DNA of 64,000 nt from Macrostomum lignano (taxonomy: Eukaryota): positions 124,001 to 188,000 of the forward strand of contig NIVC01001353.1 of the NCBI GenBank assembly GCA_002269645.1, written 5' to 3'. Position 1 is the first letter of the stretch. Each line of letters begins with the position of its first letter. Positions 23,892 through 35,800 of the stretch are shown piece by piece. The position numbers and the translations under genes are program-made. The notes beneath the pieces are model-generated. The model did not search any database. It saw only the letters and a list, made by a program, of their open reading frames with translations, and was not told the DNA's origin.

Positions 23892-26800
23892 TCAGTAGTC
23901 GCGGGATTCCCGCCTGCCATCGCCGCGAATTGGCAGCAGCGGAATTGCCTTTTCAGAAGCAGCTGCCGCCGCGCCGCCACCGCCCACGCTCGTCAGCAAA
24001 GCCGTCGAGTTTCGGCCGGCCCGACCGGCGCGGCACCCGGCGCCAGATCGGTACTGGGTTCCGGCGCCAGTTGTACCGCCCTCATTGACGGCCCGCCTGC
24101 CGCAGGTGATCACCTGGAGGAAGTGAGCCCGGAAGCGCTTGCTGATGATGCACAGAGTCACCGGGTTGCTGGCCGAATAGGCGGATGGCAGCAGCTGCGG
24201 GCGGTTGAAGAGTCGGAGCTTCGTCAAGCATTTGCTGATGCTCTATTCAACAAATTTTTAATGCCTCTCCGCATCTTGAACTGATGTCCCCGCCTAAGCG
24301 AGTATACGTCTCTCTGGAAGTACATGTAGATACCTGCCATCCTGAAGCGGACACCTCTGTCTTGAAGCAGACATTAGCTCTAAAGTGAATACCTGTCTTG
24401 GAGTGGACAACTCTGTCCTAAAGTAGACATCTGTATTGAAATGGACATGTGTCTTAAAGTGGACAACTGTGTCTTGAAGTGGACATTCAGCTCTAAAGTG
24501 GACACCTGTCTTGAAGTGGACACCTGTCTTAAGGTGGACACCTGTCTTAAAGTGGCCAACTCTGTCTTGAAGTGGCCAACTCTGTCTTGAAGTGGACAGC
24601 TGACTTGAAGTGGACACCTGTCTTGAAGTGGACATCTGTCTTGAAGTGGACATCTATCTTGAAGTGGCCAACTCTGTCTTGAAGTGGCCAACTCTGTCTT
24701 GAAGTGGCCAACTCTGTCTTGAAGTGGCCAACTCTGTCTTGAAGTGGCCAACTCTGTCTTGAAGTGGCCAACTCTGTCTTGAAGTGGACATCTGTCTTGA
24801 AGTGGACATCTGTCTTGAAGTGGACATCTGTCTTGAAGTGGACATCTGTCTTGAAGTGGACATCTGTCTTGAAGTGGCCAACTCTGTCTTGAAGTGGCCA
24901 ACTCTGTCTTGAAGTGGACAGCTGACTTGAAATGGACAGCTGTCTTGAAGTGGACACCTATCTTAAGGTGGACATCTGTCTTGAAGTGGCCAACTCTGTC
25001 TTGAAGTGGACAGCTGACTTGAAATGGACAGCTGTCTTGAAGTGGACACCTATCTTAAGGTGGACACCTGTCTTGAAGTGGACAACTCTGTCCTAAAGCG
25101 GACATCTGTCTTGAAATGGACATGTGTCTTGAAGTGGACATTCAGCTCTAAAGTGGACATCTGTCTTGAAGTGGACACCTGACTTGAAATGGACACCTGT
25201 CTTAAGGTGAACACCTGTCTTGAAGTGGACACCTGACTTGAAATGGACACCTGTCTTGAAGTGGACACCTGTCTTGAAGTGGACACCTGTCTTGAAGTGG
25301 ACACCTGTCTTAAGGTGGACACCTGTCTTGAAGTGGACACCTGTCTAGAAGTGGACATGGACACCAGTCATAAAATGGACAACTCTTCAAATTCAATTTT
25401 GAAACGGACATTCAACTTTGCAATTCGATGCCTCGCGATTGCAAGTTGGTGCCCCACCAGTTAACTCAAAGTGCCAGCGCCACTCACCTTCGCAATCATC
25501 TTGAATCGCAGGAACGAGCCGCTAACCTGCTTAGCCATGAAAAAGTACAGCGTGATAGCGTGATCCGGTCCCCAGGCGATGAAGAACACGAGGGCCAGGC
25601 ACAGCACCAGCTTGGCCAGCTTCCGGCGACCCTCGGCCTGGCCGGCCGTTGAGCTGTTGGCCTGGCCGTGCTGCCTGGCCGAGCGGAGCAGCCGGCCGGC
25701 CATGAGGCCGTAGAAGAGCACAGTGAGCAGGCCGGGCACGGCATAGTAGGCCAGCAGCTTGAGGATGCGCATGGCACGGCTGTAGCCCGAGCCCCACTCC
25801 CTGGGGAACGGGAAGCAGCTGCGCACGGCCAGGCAGTTGCCATGCGGAAGCTGGTGCAGGTTGGTCTCGATGTGCGAGCCGACAGCGTAGGGCACGGCGA
25901 GGGCAGCTGCGGGCGGTGGCAGGTATTTGCACCTATGCTAAATCCTGGGATCCTGGATGGCAGGTATTTGCACCTATGCTAAATCCTGGGATCCTGGATG
26001 GCAGGTATTTGCACCTATGCTAAATCCTGGGATCCTGGGTGGCAGGTATTTGCACCTATGCTAAATCCTGGGATCCTGGGTGGCAGGTATTTGCACCTAT
26101 GCTAAATCCTGGGATCCTGGAACAGAATCCCCCGATGCAAACGCGCATGACACAGAGAGATAAGCAGAATCAACAAAGTACCTGGATTAAACAACGAATG
26201 CATTTGGATTTTTTGCCTCATTAGGGAATAGCTGGGTAGGTATTTGCGCTTTCTTTAATTGCCTGAGGTTCAGTTGGTGCTCATAAAATTTTATTATTTT
26301 TCAAAACAACCTCAAAAAGCGAATTTTTTCATTAATTAATGAGCAAGGATTGCGTTGATTTCATTGAGACCTAAATTTTATTGAAAATCTTTGTTCAGTT
26401 GCTCTGCTCCAAAACATAACAAACATTTTCTTTTGTACCCTGCAAAGCTGGTGTTTTGTACACTGCAAAGCTGGTGTTTTGTACACTGCAAAGCCAGTGT
26501 TTTGTACACTGCAAAGCCAGTGTTTTGTACACTGCAAAGCCAGTGTTTTGTACACTGCAAAGCTAGTGTTTTGTACCCTGCAAAGCTAGTGTTTTGTACA
26601 CTGCAAAGCTAGTGTTTTGTACACTGCAAAGCTAGTGTTTTGTACACTGCAAAGCTAGTGTTTTGTACACTGCAAAGAATAAATTTCCTATAGATCAACT
26701 ATCAAATACTTTCAAATACTTTTAAATTCACAATTTTATAGCTCAACAGTCCTATTTTATCGATCCAAGGATCCTTGGGAGTCATCGTTGTGGATTTAGC

Positions 26801-29800
26801 AGTCCTTGGAGCCATGGGAGAGCAGCCACTGGCCATGGCTCGGGGCTGTTTAAACGCCTTTTGTGTCCATCTTCTGGCCTCACAAGGGTATCAGCATTCC
26901 AGTCAAAATTTTCCGGTTTTGGATCTGCGCCCTCTCGCAACGTCAGTCCAAGTCAGATTCATCAAACCCTCGAGATCGGGTTTCACAAATCGACAAAAAA
27001 GAATTTTAGTAACGAAGTAGGGAAAATGCGATGGCTACTGTAAAAGACAGATGCCTCATCGATCAGAGCTCGAGTAATCCGATCCGGCTGATCGAACCAC
27101 GCAGCCCAGTGCAGAGCAGCTGTATCGATCCAGAATCCCAGCGGCCCAGTGAAAAATTCCTAAGATCAACGATTCACTGCCTTGGTGTGAACAGCGTTTT
27201 TGTAAACAAGGCGTGAATGAAGCACATTGAATTCACATGGCTGACAGTCACATGTCTGACAGTCACATGTCTGACAGTCACATGTCTGACAGTCACATGG
27301 CTGGCAGTCACATGTCTGGCAGTCACATGTCTGACAGTCACATGTCTGACAGTCACATGGCTGGCAGTCACATGTCTGGCAGTCACATGTCTGACAGTCA
27401 CATGTCTGACAGTCACATGGCTGGCAGTCACATGTCTGGCAGTCACATGTCTGACAGTCACATGGCTGGCAGTCACATGTCTGGCAGTCACATGTCTGAC
27501 AGTCACATGTCTGGCAGTCACATGTCTGACAGTCACATGTCTGGCAGTCACATGTCTGACAGTCACATGTCTGGCAGTCACATGTCTGGCAGTCACATGT
27601 CTGACAGTCACATGGCTGGCAGTCACATGTCTGGCAGTCACATGGCTGGCAGTCACATGTCTGGCAGTCACATGTCTTTCTGACAAGCCACAGGGCAACT
27701 CGCTCTGTTCACATTCACAACAGAATCGGTGAATATGTTGACGAGAGCTTGAATGCTGCTGCAAGTTGAAGTTTGCTGTAAAAAAATCCCCCAGACAACT
27801 TTGCGTGGAATTTCTCGCGCTCAGCAACATAAATTTTCAGGCGCGCTGCATTGGAAATTGTTTGCGAAATTCAATGCACTGCTAACTGGCGCTTTTCACG
27901 GCTTCTCGATCGCGTCAGCTGCTAGGAAAATTGATGAAGTGCGAAGCTGCGCGCCGGCAGGAGACACGTGAAGTGCCAGGTAGGCGGCTGGATATTTAGG
28001 AACATGGCTTTTTACTGCAACTCTAACTGGGGTTTTGTGACGCGTCGGGCAGACTTCTGTACGCATTGTGGGGAGTCATGGCAACTGCAAGGATGCTGAA
28101 ACATTTGCACTTTTCAATTTTGTGTCGACAGGCGCTCGCTTTTAAGGCTTGATTCTCCTAATGATTCTACGGGGGCGATTCTCATATGAGATTCTCGTAA
28201 TGATTCTAAGGAGGGGGCGATTCTCATGAGATTCTCCTAATGATTCTATGTTGCTGCGGGCTGGCTTCTGCCCGAGCAGATTGAACTTTAATTTGTAATT
28301 GCCATAGACAAGTTTATTTGCCTGTACTGCGATTAGTTGGCGCAAGTGTCAAAGAGCCTTCGTGACAAAAAATAGAAATACATAAGTATTCAAGAAGACT
28401 CTGATAAGAGCAACGGCTGCAAGAGCCGAGAGTGCACGGCACACAACTTGCGTAAATATAACGCAATACAAAAGACAGACTTGTAACAGTGGCGTCGCAA
28501 GCAGGATGAAGAGCGGTGTGAAACAACCGTCGGCTACTGACAAGTCTCCTGCTTTGCCGCTCAAACACGCCAAAATGGTGGTGATGGCGGATGCTGAAGC
28601 ACAAAGTCAGCCAATAAAAGGCTCGGATGGACCAGCGCGTGCGGTAGCTGGAGCTATGGAAATCGAGCGCCTGGAGTTAGGAAACAACTACTCCCGGTGG
28701 CTGGACAGATTTACAATCGTCGCGAAGTTCTACAGATGGGACTCGACGGCGAAGGCTCAGATGCTTCTGATGCGTCTCTCGACAGCATTGTACGACACGC
28801 TCGCAGATCAAGCTTCTCCGAAGAAACCAAGTGAGTTGTCTTACTCGGAGATAGAAACAGCTCTGACAAGCATCCTGGTCCCAGCTACGTTTGTTCTGGC
28901 GGAAAGATACTCTTTCCAGCTGTGCTCTCGAAAGTCAGGGGAAAGCGTTCGCACATATGCGGAGCGAGTCCTCAAGGCTGCGGAGAAGTGCGAATTTATA
29001 AACAAGGACGAGCGTCTGAGAGACCAATTTATTTGCGGACTGGCTGACCAAAACGTCATCGGCAAGCTGCTGGTCAAGGACCATCTGAGGCTCAGCTTCA
29101 AGGAGGCAGTTGCTGAGGCTGAAGCACATTCAGCATTAGTCTCAACGGACATCATGAAGAGTGCCCCGAAATCTGAAAATTCTGGGATAATGAGCATTGG
29201 AATGTTAAAATCGTCATCAAAACCGCGGATCAAGGGAGTGAATCGACAACAGTCACAGACTCAAAGCTCATCAAAATGCTCGCGCTGTGGAACAAGCCAC
29301 GGAAAAGACGCGTGTCCAGCTTATGGAAAGACATGTCGTAAGTGTGGGAAGCAGAACCATTTTCAGAAAATGTGCCGCTCAAAGTTTGTTGTCCCGAACC
29401 AGAAAAACACAGCTGCAGTTCAGCACTTAGACGAGCACTCGCAGTCAGATCATGTCTTCATGGTTGGTGCAACTTCAAGGCAACCTTTGTCTACGGATGC
29501 AGTCGCAGTGACCCTTGACTTCATATCATCAAGTGATAAGGTATCAATTCCGTGCCAGTTGGATACTGGGGCAGCAGTTTCAGTTATGTCTGACCGGGTC
29601 TGGAAGCAAATCGGCACCCCTGAACTGCAGCCTAGCAGCATCACTTTGACAGGATATACCGACGCGCATCAATTCAAAATGTTGGGCCATTTCATCAGCA
29701 AAGTGAGTTACCAAGGAAAAGTGCACCGAATACCATTCAAAGTGGTTCGTTCTGATCGATCGTTTGCTCTACTCGGCAGGGACATTTTGACCATAGAAAT

Positions 29801-32800
29801 AGATTTCAGCAAGGCTGATGGAAGCGAAGCGACTAGAGTATTCAGAGCGAGACTAGAATTGATTCCGGATGCTCAGCCAAAGTACATCAAGGCACGGTCG
29901 ATCCCTTTTGCCTATAAAGATCGACTGAAAGATGAGATTGACAAGTTGCTAGCTGAGGGAATCATTGAGCCAGTGACTTTTTCTCAATGGGCCTCACCAA
30001 TTGTCATCGTTCCTAAGGCTGATGGTAGGCTGAGACTCTGTGTGGACTACAAGCAAACATTGAATCCACAGCTCATGAAGGACAGTCATCCAACACCGAC
30101 CCCGGAAGAAGCTTTCAGTACAGTAGCAGGATGCCGAATGTACACCATCTTGGACTTAAAAGCAGCGTACAACCAGGTGGAATTGGAGGAGGACTCAAAG
30201 CCTCTCACGGTCATGTCTACACCTTTCGGCAACTACCAGTACAACCGTCTGGTGTTTGGGATACGGACTGCTCCGAGTATTTTCCAGCGCTACATCAGTC
30301 AGGTCATACAGGATGTTGATGGTGCAATTGCCTACGTCGATGACATTTTAATTGGTGGTGAGTCAGAGAAGCAGCTTAAGGATCGTGAGAGTCAAGTGCG
30401 AGAGCGTCTGGAACAACATGGCCTCAAGGTCAACGAAGAGAAATGCCAGATTTGTCAGTCTCGGGTTCGCTTTCTCGGGTTTATCCTGGACAATGGCATG
30501 ATCCTGCCCGACCCGGAGAAAGTGAGAGCCCTGCAAGAAATGGAGACTCCCAAGACGATGGCAGAACTAGAATCGCTCATCGGACTCGTCAGGTTCAGTG
30601 GCCGGTTTGTGCCCAATCTGTCGCACTACCTGGAGCCGTTGACTCGATTAATGCGCGGCAGAAGAGAATTCCAATGGGATTCTGAGCAAGATGAAGCTTT
30701 TCAGCGTATCAAGTCCATGCTGACAGAAGATTCAGCTCTGGCTAAGTACGACCCCAAGAAACCTGTGGCTCTGGAGTGTGATGCTTCCCAAAAAGGACTG
30801 GGCGGAGTTCTGATTCAAGACAGCAGACCGGTTTTGTACATCAGCAAGAGGTTATCAGAAGCCGAGAAGAAGTATTCTCAGATCGAAAGGGAGGCCCTTG
30901 CAATTGTCTTGTCAACTCAGAGGTGTCAGCGGTTCTTAGCGGGACGTCATTTCAAGCTGATCACGGATCACAGACCATTAACCTACATCTTTGGGCCGAA
31001 CGAGGGCTTGCCTACGCGCGTATCAGCACGCCTTCAAAGATGGGCCATATCGCTAATGGCTTTTGACTACACCATCGAGTATCAACGGTCGCAGCTTATG
31101 AAATCAGACGCTCTGTCCCGGTTGCTTAACAACGAGACGGCTCGGACGTATACAATCGGGAGCATCCAACTACCCTCAACGATCATATCCATTCAAGAGG
31201 TTAGAGACCAATCACAGGATTGCCCAGAGATCGTTCTGTTAAAAAAAGCCATCCGGACGAGCAACTTTAACGACCCGAGAATCCGCCCCTACAAGGCAGT
31301 CGCGGACGAACTGACGATCGAGTCGGACGTGGTACTCCGGGAGATGCGAGTCATTCTTCCAAAGACGTTGCGGTTATCGGCAGTCCAAACGGCACACAGC
31401 ACACATCTAGGCATTGACCGAACCAAGTCACTGTTAAGAGCACAATTTTGGTGGCCCGGCTTGGATCGAGATGTAAAACAACTCATCGGAAATTGCAAGA
31501 CGTGCAAAATGGTCAAGGCTAGCAATCGAAACTACCTAAAATCTTGGCCGACAGCAATGGACGCTGGAGAGCGCGTACATGCGGATTTTGCGGGTCCAAT
31601 AGATGGCCAATATTTGTTGGTGCTGGTGGACGCCATGTCGAACTACCCTGAGGTGCATCTGACCGCCAACATGGAGTCATCTACAGTCATCTCTAGGCTA
31701 CGGAGAACTTTTTCGCAGTGGGGTGTGCCAAGGACACTTGTCACCGACAACGGCCCAAGCTTCGTCTCAGCTGAAACAACACAGTGGCTGAAAGCAATCG
31801 GGTGCAGCCATGTGACCACACCTCCATATCACCCTCAGAGCAACGGACTCGCTGAGAGATTTGTCCGCACAATGAAAGAATCTGTGTCAGCGTTGGGTCT
31901 GAGTCAACACAACATTGACAAGTTCCTACTGTTCTACCGATCATCCAAAGGAAACGATGGTCGCACACCGTCGGAGAAGTTTCTAGGTCGAAACATCCGG
32001 ACTCCTTTGATGACAGAGTTTTCTGGAGATAACAATGTGGTGTACAGGACACAAGGAGCTACGTCACTAGCCAGAATCGTCCTGCCTACAGGCCGCAACA
32101 CGGCAATCATCAAGCTTGAGAACGGCTTGTACAAGAAGGCTCACAGAGACCAGATACAGAGCTTCAAGGGCAGCGATGACAAGGACGTTGGCCCGGAACA
32201 AGCTACCACTGGTGCTGCTGGTGAGGTCGATCACCCTCCAGCTATGCGCCCTGGAGAAGAGGAGCGGGAGCAGCAGCAGCAGCAACCCAGAAGAAGTGAA
32301 AGACTGATGAACAGACCGACTGTGAATTATAAGGAGTGAACTGTAATTTTGAAGCAGGGAGGTGCTGCGGGCTGGCTTCTGCCCGAGCAGATTGAACTTT
32401 AATTTGTAATTGCCATAGACAAGTTTATTTGCCTGTACTGCGATTAGTTAGCGCAAGTGTCAAAGAGCCTTCGTGACAAAAAAATAGAAATACATAAGTA
32501 TTCAAGAAGACTCTGATAAGAGCAACGGCTGCAAGAGCCGAGAGTGCACGGCACAAAACTTGCGTAAATATAACGCAATACAAAAGACAGACTTGTAACA
32601 TATGTGGGAGCGATTCTCATATGAGATTCTCGTAATGATTCTAAGGAGGGGGCAATTCTCATATGAGATTCTCCTAGTGATTCTACGGGGGGTCGATTCT
32701 CATATGAGATTCTCCTAGTGATTCTACGGAGGGATGATTCTCATATGAGATTCTCCTGATGACTTTACGGCGGGCGATTCTCATATGAGATTCTCCTGAT

Positions 32801-35800
32801 GACTCTACGGCGGGCGATTCTCATACGAGATTCTCCTGATGATTCTACGGAGGGACGATTCTCATATGAGATTCTCCTGATGACTCTACGGCGGGCGATT
32901 CTCATATGAGATTCTCCCAATGATTTTACGGAGGGACGATTCTCATATGAGATTCTCCTGATGACTCTACGGCGGGCGATTCTCATACGAGATTCTCCTG
33001 ATGATTCTACGGAGGGACGATTCTCATATGAGATTCTCCTGATGACTCTACGGCGGGCGATTCTCATACGAGATTCTCCTGATGATTCTACGGAGGGACG
33101 ATTCTCATATGAGATTCTCCTGATGACTCTACGGAGGGGGCGATTCTCATATGAGATTCTCCTAATGATTCTACGGGGGGAGGCGATTCTCATACGAGAT
33201 TCTTCCAATGATTCTAAGGAGGGGCGATTCTCATATGAGATTCTCCCAGTCCCCAACAGGAGTTGGGATCGGCAGCGGAGACTTACTGGCCAGCAGCCAG
33301 ATGGCGCCCAGGCCGAGCCGTGGCACCAGATTCGGCCGTGACGACTTCAGCGTTGACAGCGGCCGCGTGATGGCGAGGCATCTGCAGTGCAGAGTATCGG
33401 AGAGGACGGGTCGAACAGGTCGAACTGGCGATATTGGGTAGAAATCAAAGTGAATTTTGCCAGTCAGCGAAATTTTTCTGTCTTAAATCATTTGCTTGAC
33501 ACGGGTGGCTGCCTTTAAATCAACGTTCCTACCATGTCTCAGGCACCCCGTAGCCTTGGCTTGGTGCCATCTGTATTTACTTTGGCGCCAGCTGTATTTA
33601 AATTGGCGCCATCTGTATTTACTTTGGCGCCAGCTGTATTTAAATTGGCGCCATCTGTATTTACTTTGGCGCCAGCTGTATTTACTTTGGCGCCAGCTGT
33701 ATTTACTTTGGCGCCAGCTGTATTTAAATTGGCGCCATCTGTATTTACTTTGGCGCCAGCTGTATTTACTTTGGCGCCAGCTGTATTTACTTTGGCGCCA
33801 GCTGTATTTACTTTGGCGCCAGCTGTATTTACTTTGGCGCCAGCTGTATTTACTTTGGCGCCAGCTGTATTTACTTTGGCGCCAGCTGTATTTACTTTGG
33901 CGCCAGCTGTATTTACTTTGGCGCCAGCTGTATTTAAATTGGCGCCATCTGTATTTACTTTGGCGCCAGCTGTATTCAAATTGGCGCTAGCTGTATTTAA
34001 ATCTGCGCCAGCTGTATTCAAATTGGCGCTAGCTGTATTTAAATCTGCGCCAGCTGTATTCAAATTGGCGCTAGCTGTATTTAAATCTGCGCCAGCTGTA
34101 TTCAAATTGGCGCCAGCTGTATTTAAATCTGCGCCAGCTGTATTCAAATTGGCGCTAGCTGTATTTAAATCTGCACCAGCTGTATTCAAATTGGCGCTAG
34201 CTGTATTCAAATCTGCACCAGCTGTATTCAAATTGGCGCTAGCTGTATTTAAATCTGCGCCAGCTGTATTCAAATTGGCGCTAGCTGTATTTAAATCTGC
34301 GCCAGCTGTATTCAAATTGGCGCTAGCTGTATTTAAATCTGCGCCAGCTGTATTCAAATTGGCGCTAGCTGTATTTAAATCTGCGCCAGCTGTATTCAAA
34401 TTGGCGCCAGCTGTATTTAAATCTGCGCCAGCTGTATTCAAATTGGCGCTAGCTGTATTTAAATCTGCACCAGCTGTATTCAAATTGGCGCTAGCTGTAT
34501 TCAAATCTGCACCAGCTGTATTCAAATTGGCGCTAGCTGTATTTAAATCTGCGCCAGCTGTATTCAAATTGGCGCTAGCTGTATTTAAATCTGCGCCAGC
34601 TGTATTCAAATTGGCGCTAGCTGTATTTAAATCTGCGCCAGCTGTATTCAAATTGGCGCTAGCTGTATTTAAATCTGCACCAGCTGTATTCAAATTGGCG
34701 CTAGCTGTATTCAAATTCGCGCCAGCTGTATTCAAATTGGCGCCAGCTGCATTCAAATTTTCGATCCATTCAGAATCCAATTCTTTTAACCCGAATTCAA
34801 AAGCTCTTCACTCGGCAATTGCAGCTCAGCAATACAAAGAGCCACTCTACCTTGGCCCAATTAGCATTACAAAGCTCACTCAACGCTGTCTGAGTAGACT
34901 AATTTGAATCCGTCAGTCTCAGCTCCGCATAGCTGCAGTTATCTGCGAGACACTTCAATCCCATCCAGAATCCGTGACTCCGCATCCCATTGGCAGATCC
35001 TTCTGCGATGCAGTACAGCTGCTCCTCGAGATGTTGAGCATCAGTCTCTGCTTTTTTGTTGTTTTTTTCGTCTTGTTGCTGACAGCTCCGCTCGGCGGGG
35101 ATTTTGTGACTGCAATTATTTTCGCTCTCCCCTCAGGGCTTCCCCCGCTGCCGGCTCTGCTGTCTTCATTCCAATTTCTCTAGTCTCGGATGAGGCGCGG
35201 ATTATGGAACAGATATTTTCCGGCATCGGGGGGGGCTGCTGTCAAGGTGAAATGCACTTCTAAATCTGGCAGAGTCTGTTTACTCTCTAGTCACCACGCG
35301 CCAAGCTTATCAATCAAGCCGGCGGAGTCAATCAGCATTTGTTGATCAATCAATCTGAGCTGCCGTGCCCTTCATCCGTGTTTACAACCGATGGGTTTGA
35401 AAAAACATGTTTTTCAAAAGATCAGAGTTTTCCACGCGAGTGCAGCGTCTGTACGCGCTGAGCGGATGCCGGCCTGACACCTGAGTTGCTGGGTGGGCCT
35501 CTCCCTGCTACTCAAGGTTGTCGCTTGCAGAGAGGCGAGTTGCTGTGCACTCATTGGCCCGGCTTTGCTAAGAAGAAAACTAGGCAGCCCCCGACAACAA
35601 TTGATCTTGTTTGACAAATTTATTTTGAGACGATTTTGCATTAAAATGAAGCCAACAGTTTGTGAGCACAGCTGACTAATGCGGCCTAGAGACTGCTTCT
35701 TCAACTTGCAGGGTTTCGCAGAGTCGCGGGGGTTATTCTGTGTAGTGCCTCCTGCAAGTGAGGGACTGCGGGACTGAGTGCAAGCATCGAGGCGGCTGTT

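Larger units (their letters stand above)
28151..33250. repeat. 40-41-nt minisatellite (GATTCTCATATGAGATTCTCCTGATGATTCTACGG..), split by the Gypsy insertion
   Basis: About 2.5 units at 28151-28251 and about 16 units at 32601-33250. Confidence 0.93.

Noticed and set aside
24130-24170. GPCR lacks canonical NPxxY (NPVTL) and DRY (DRC)
   Set aside because: NPxxL is normal in bombesin-family receptors (NPFAL), and the third DRY position varies.
33534-34907. Long repeat ORFs (TAGANLN / APAVFKL) resembling antifreeze or adhesin proteins
   Set aside because: They come from a stop-free 21-nt array in GPCR intron 1, are open on both strands, and have no splice or codon support.
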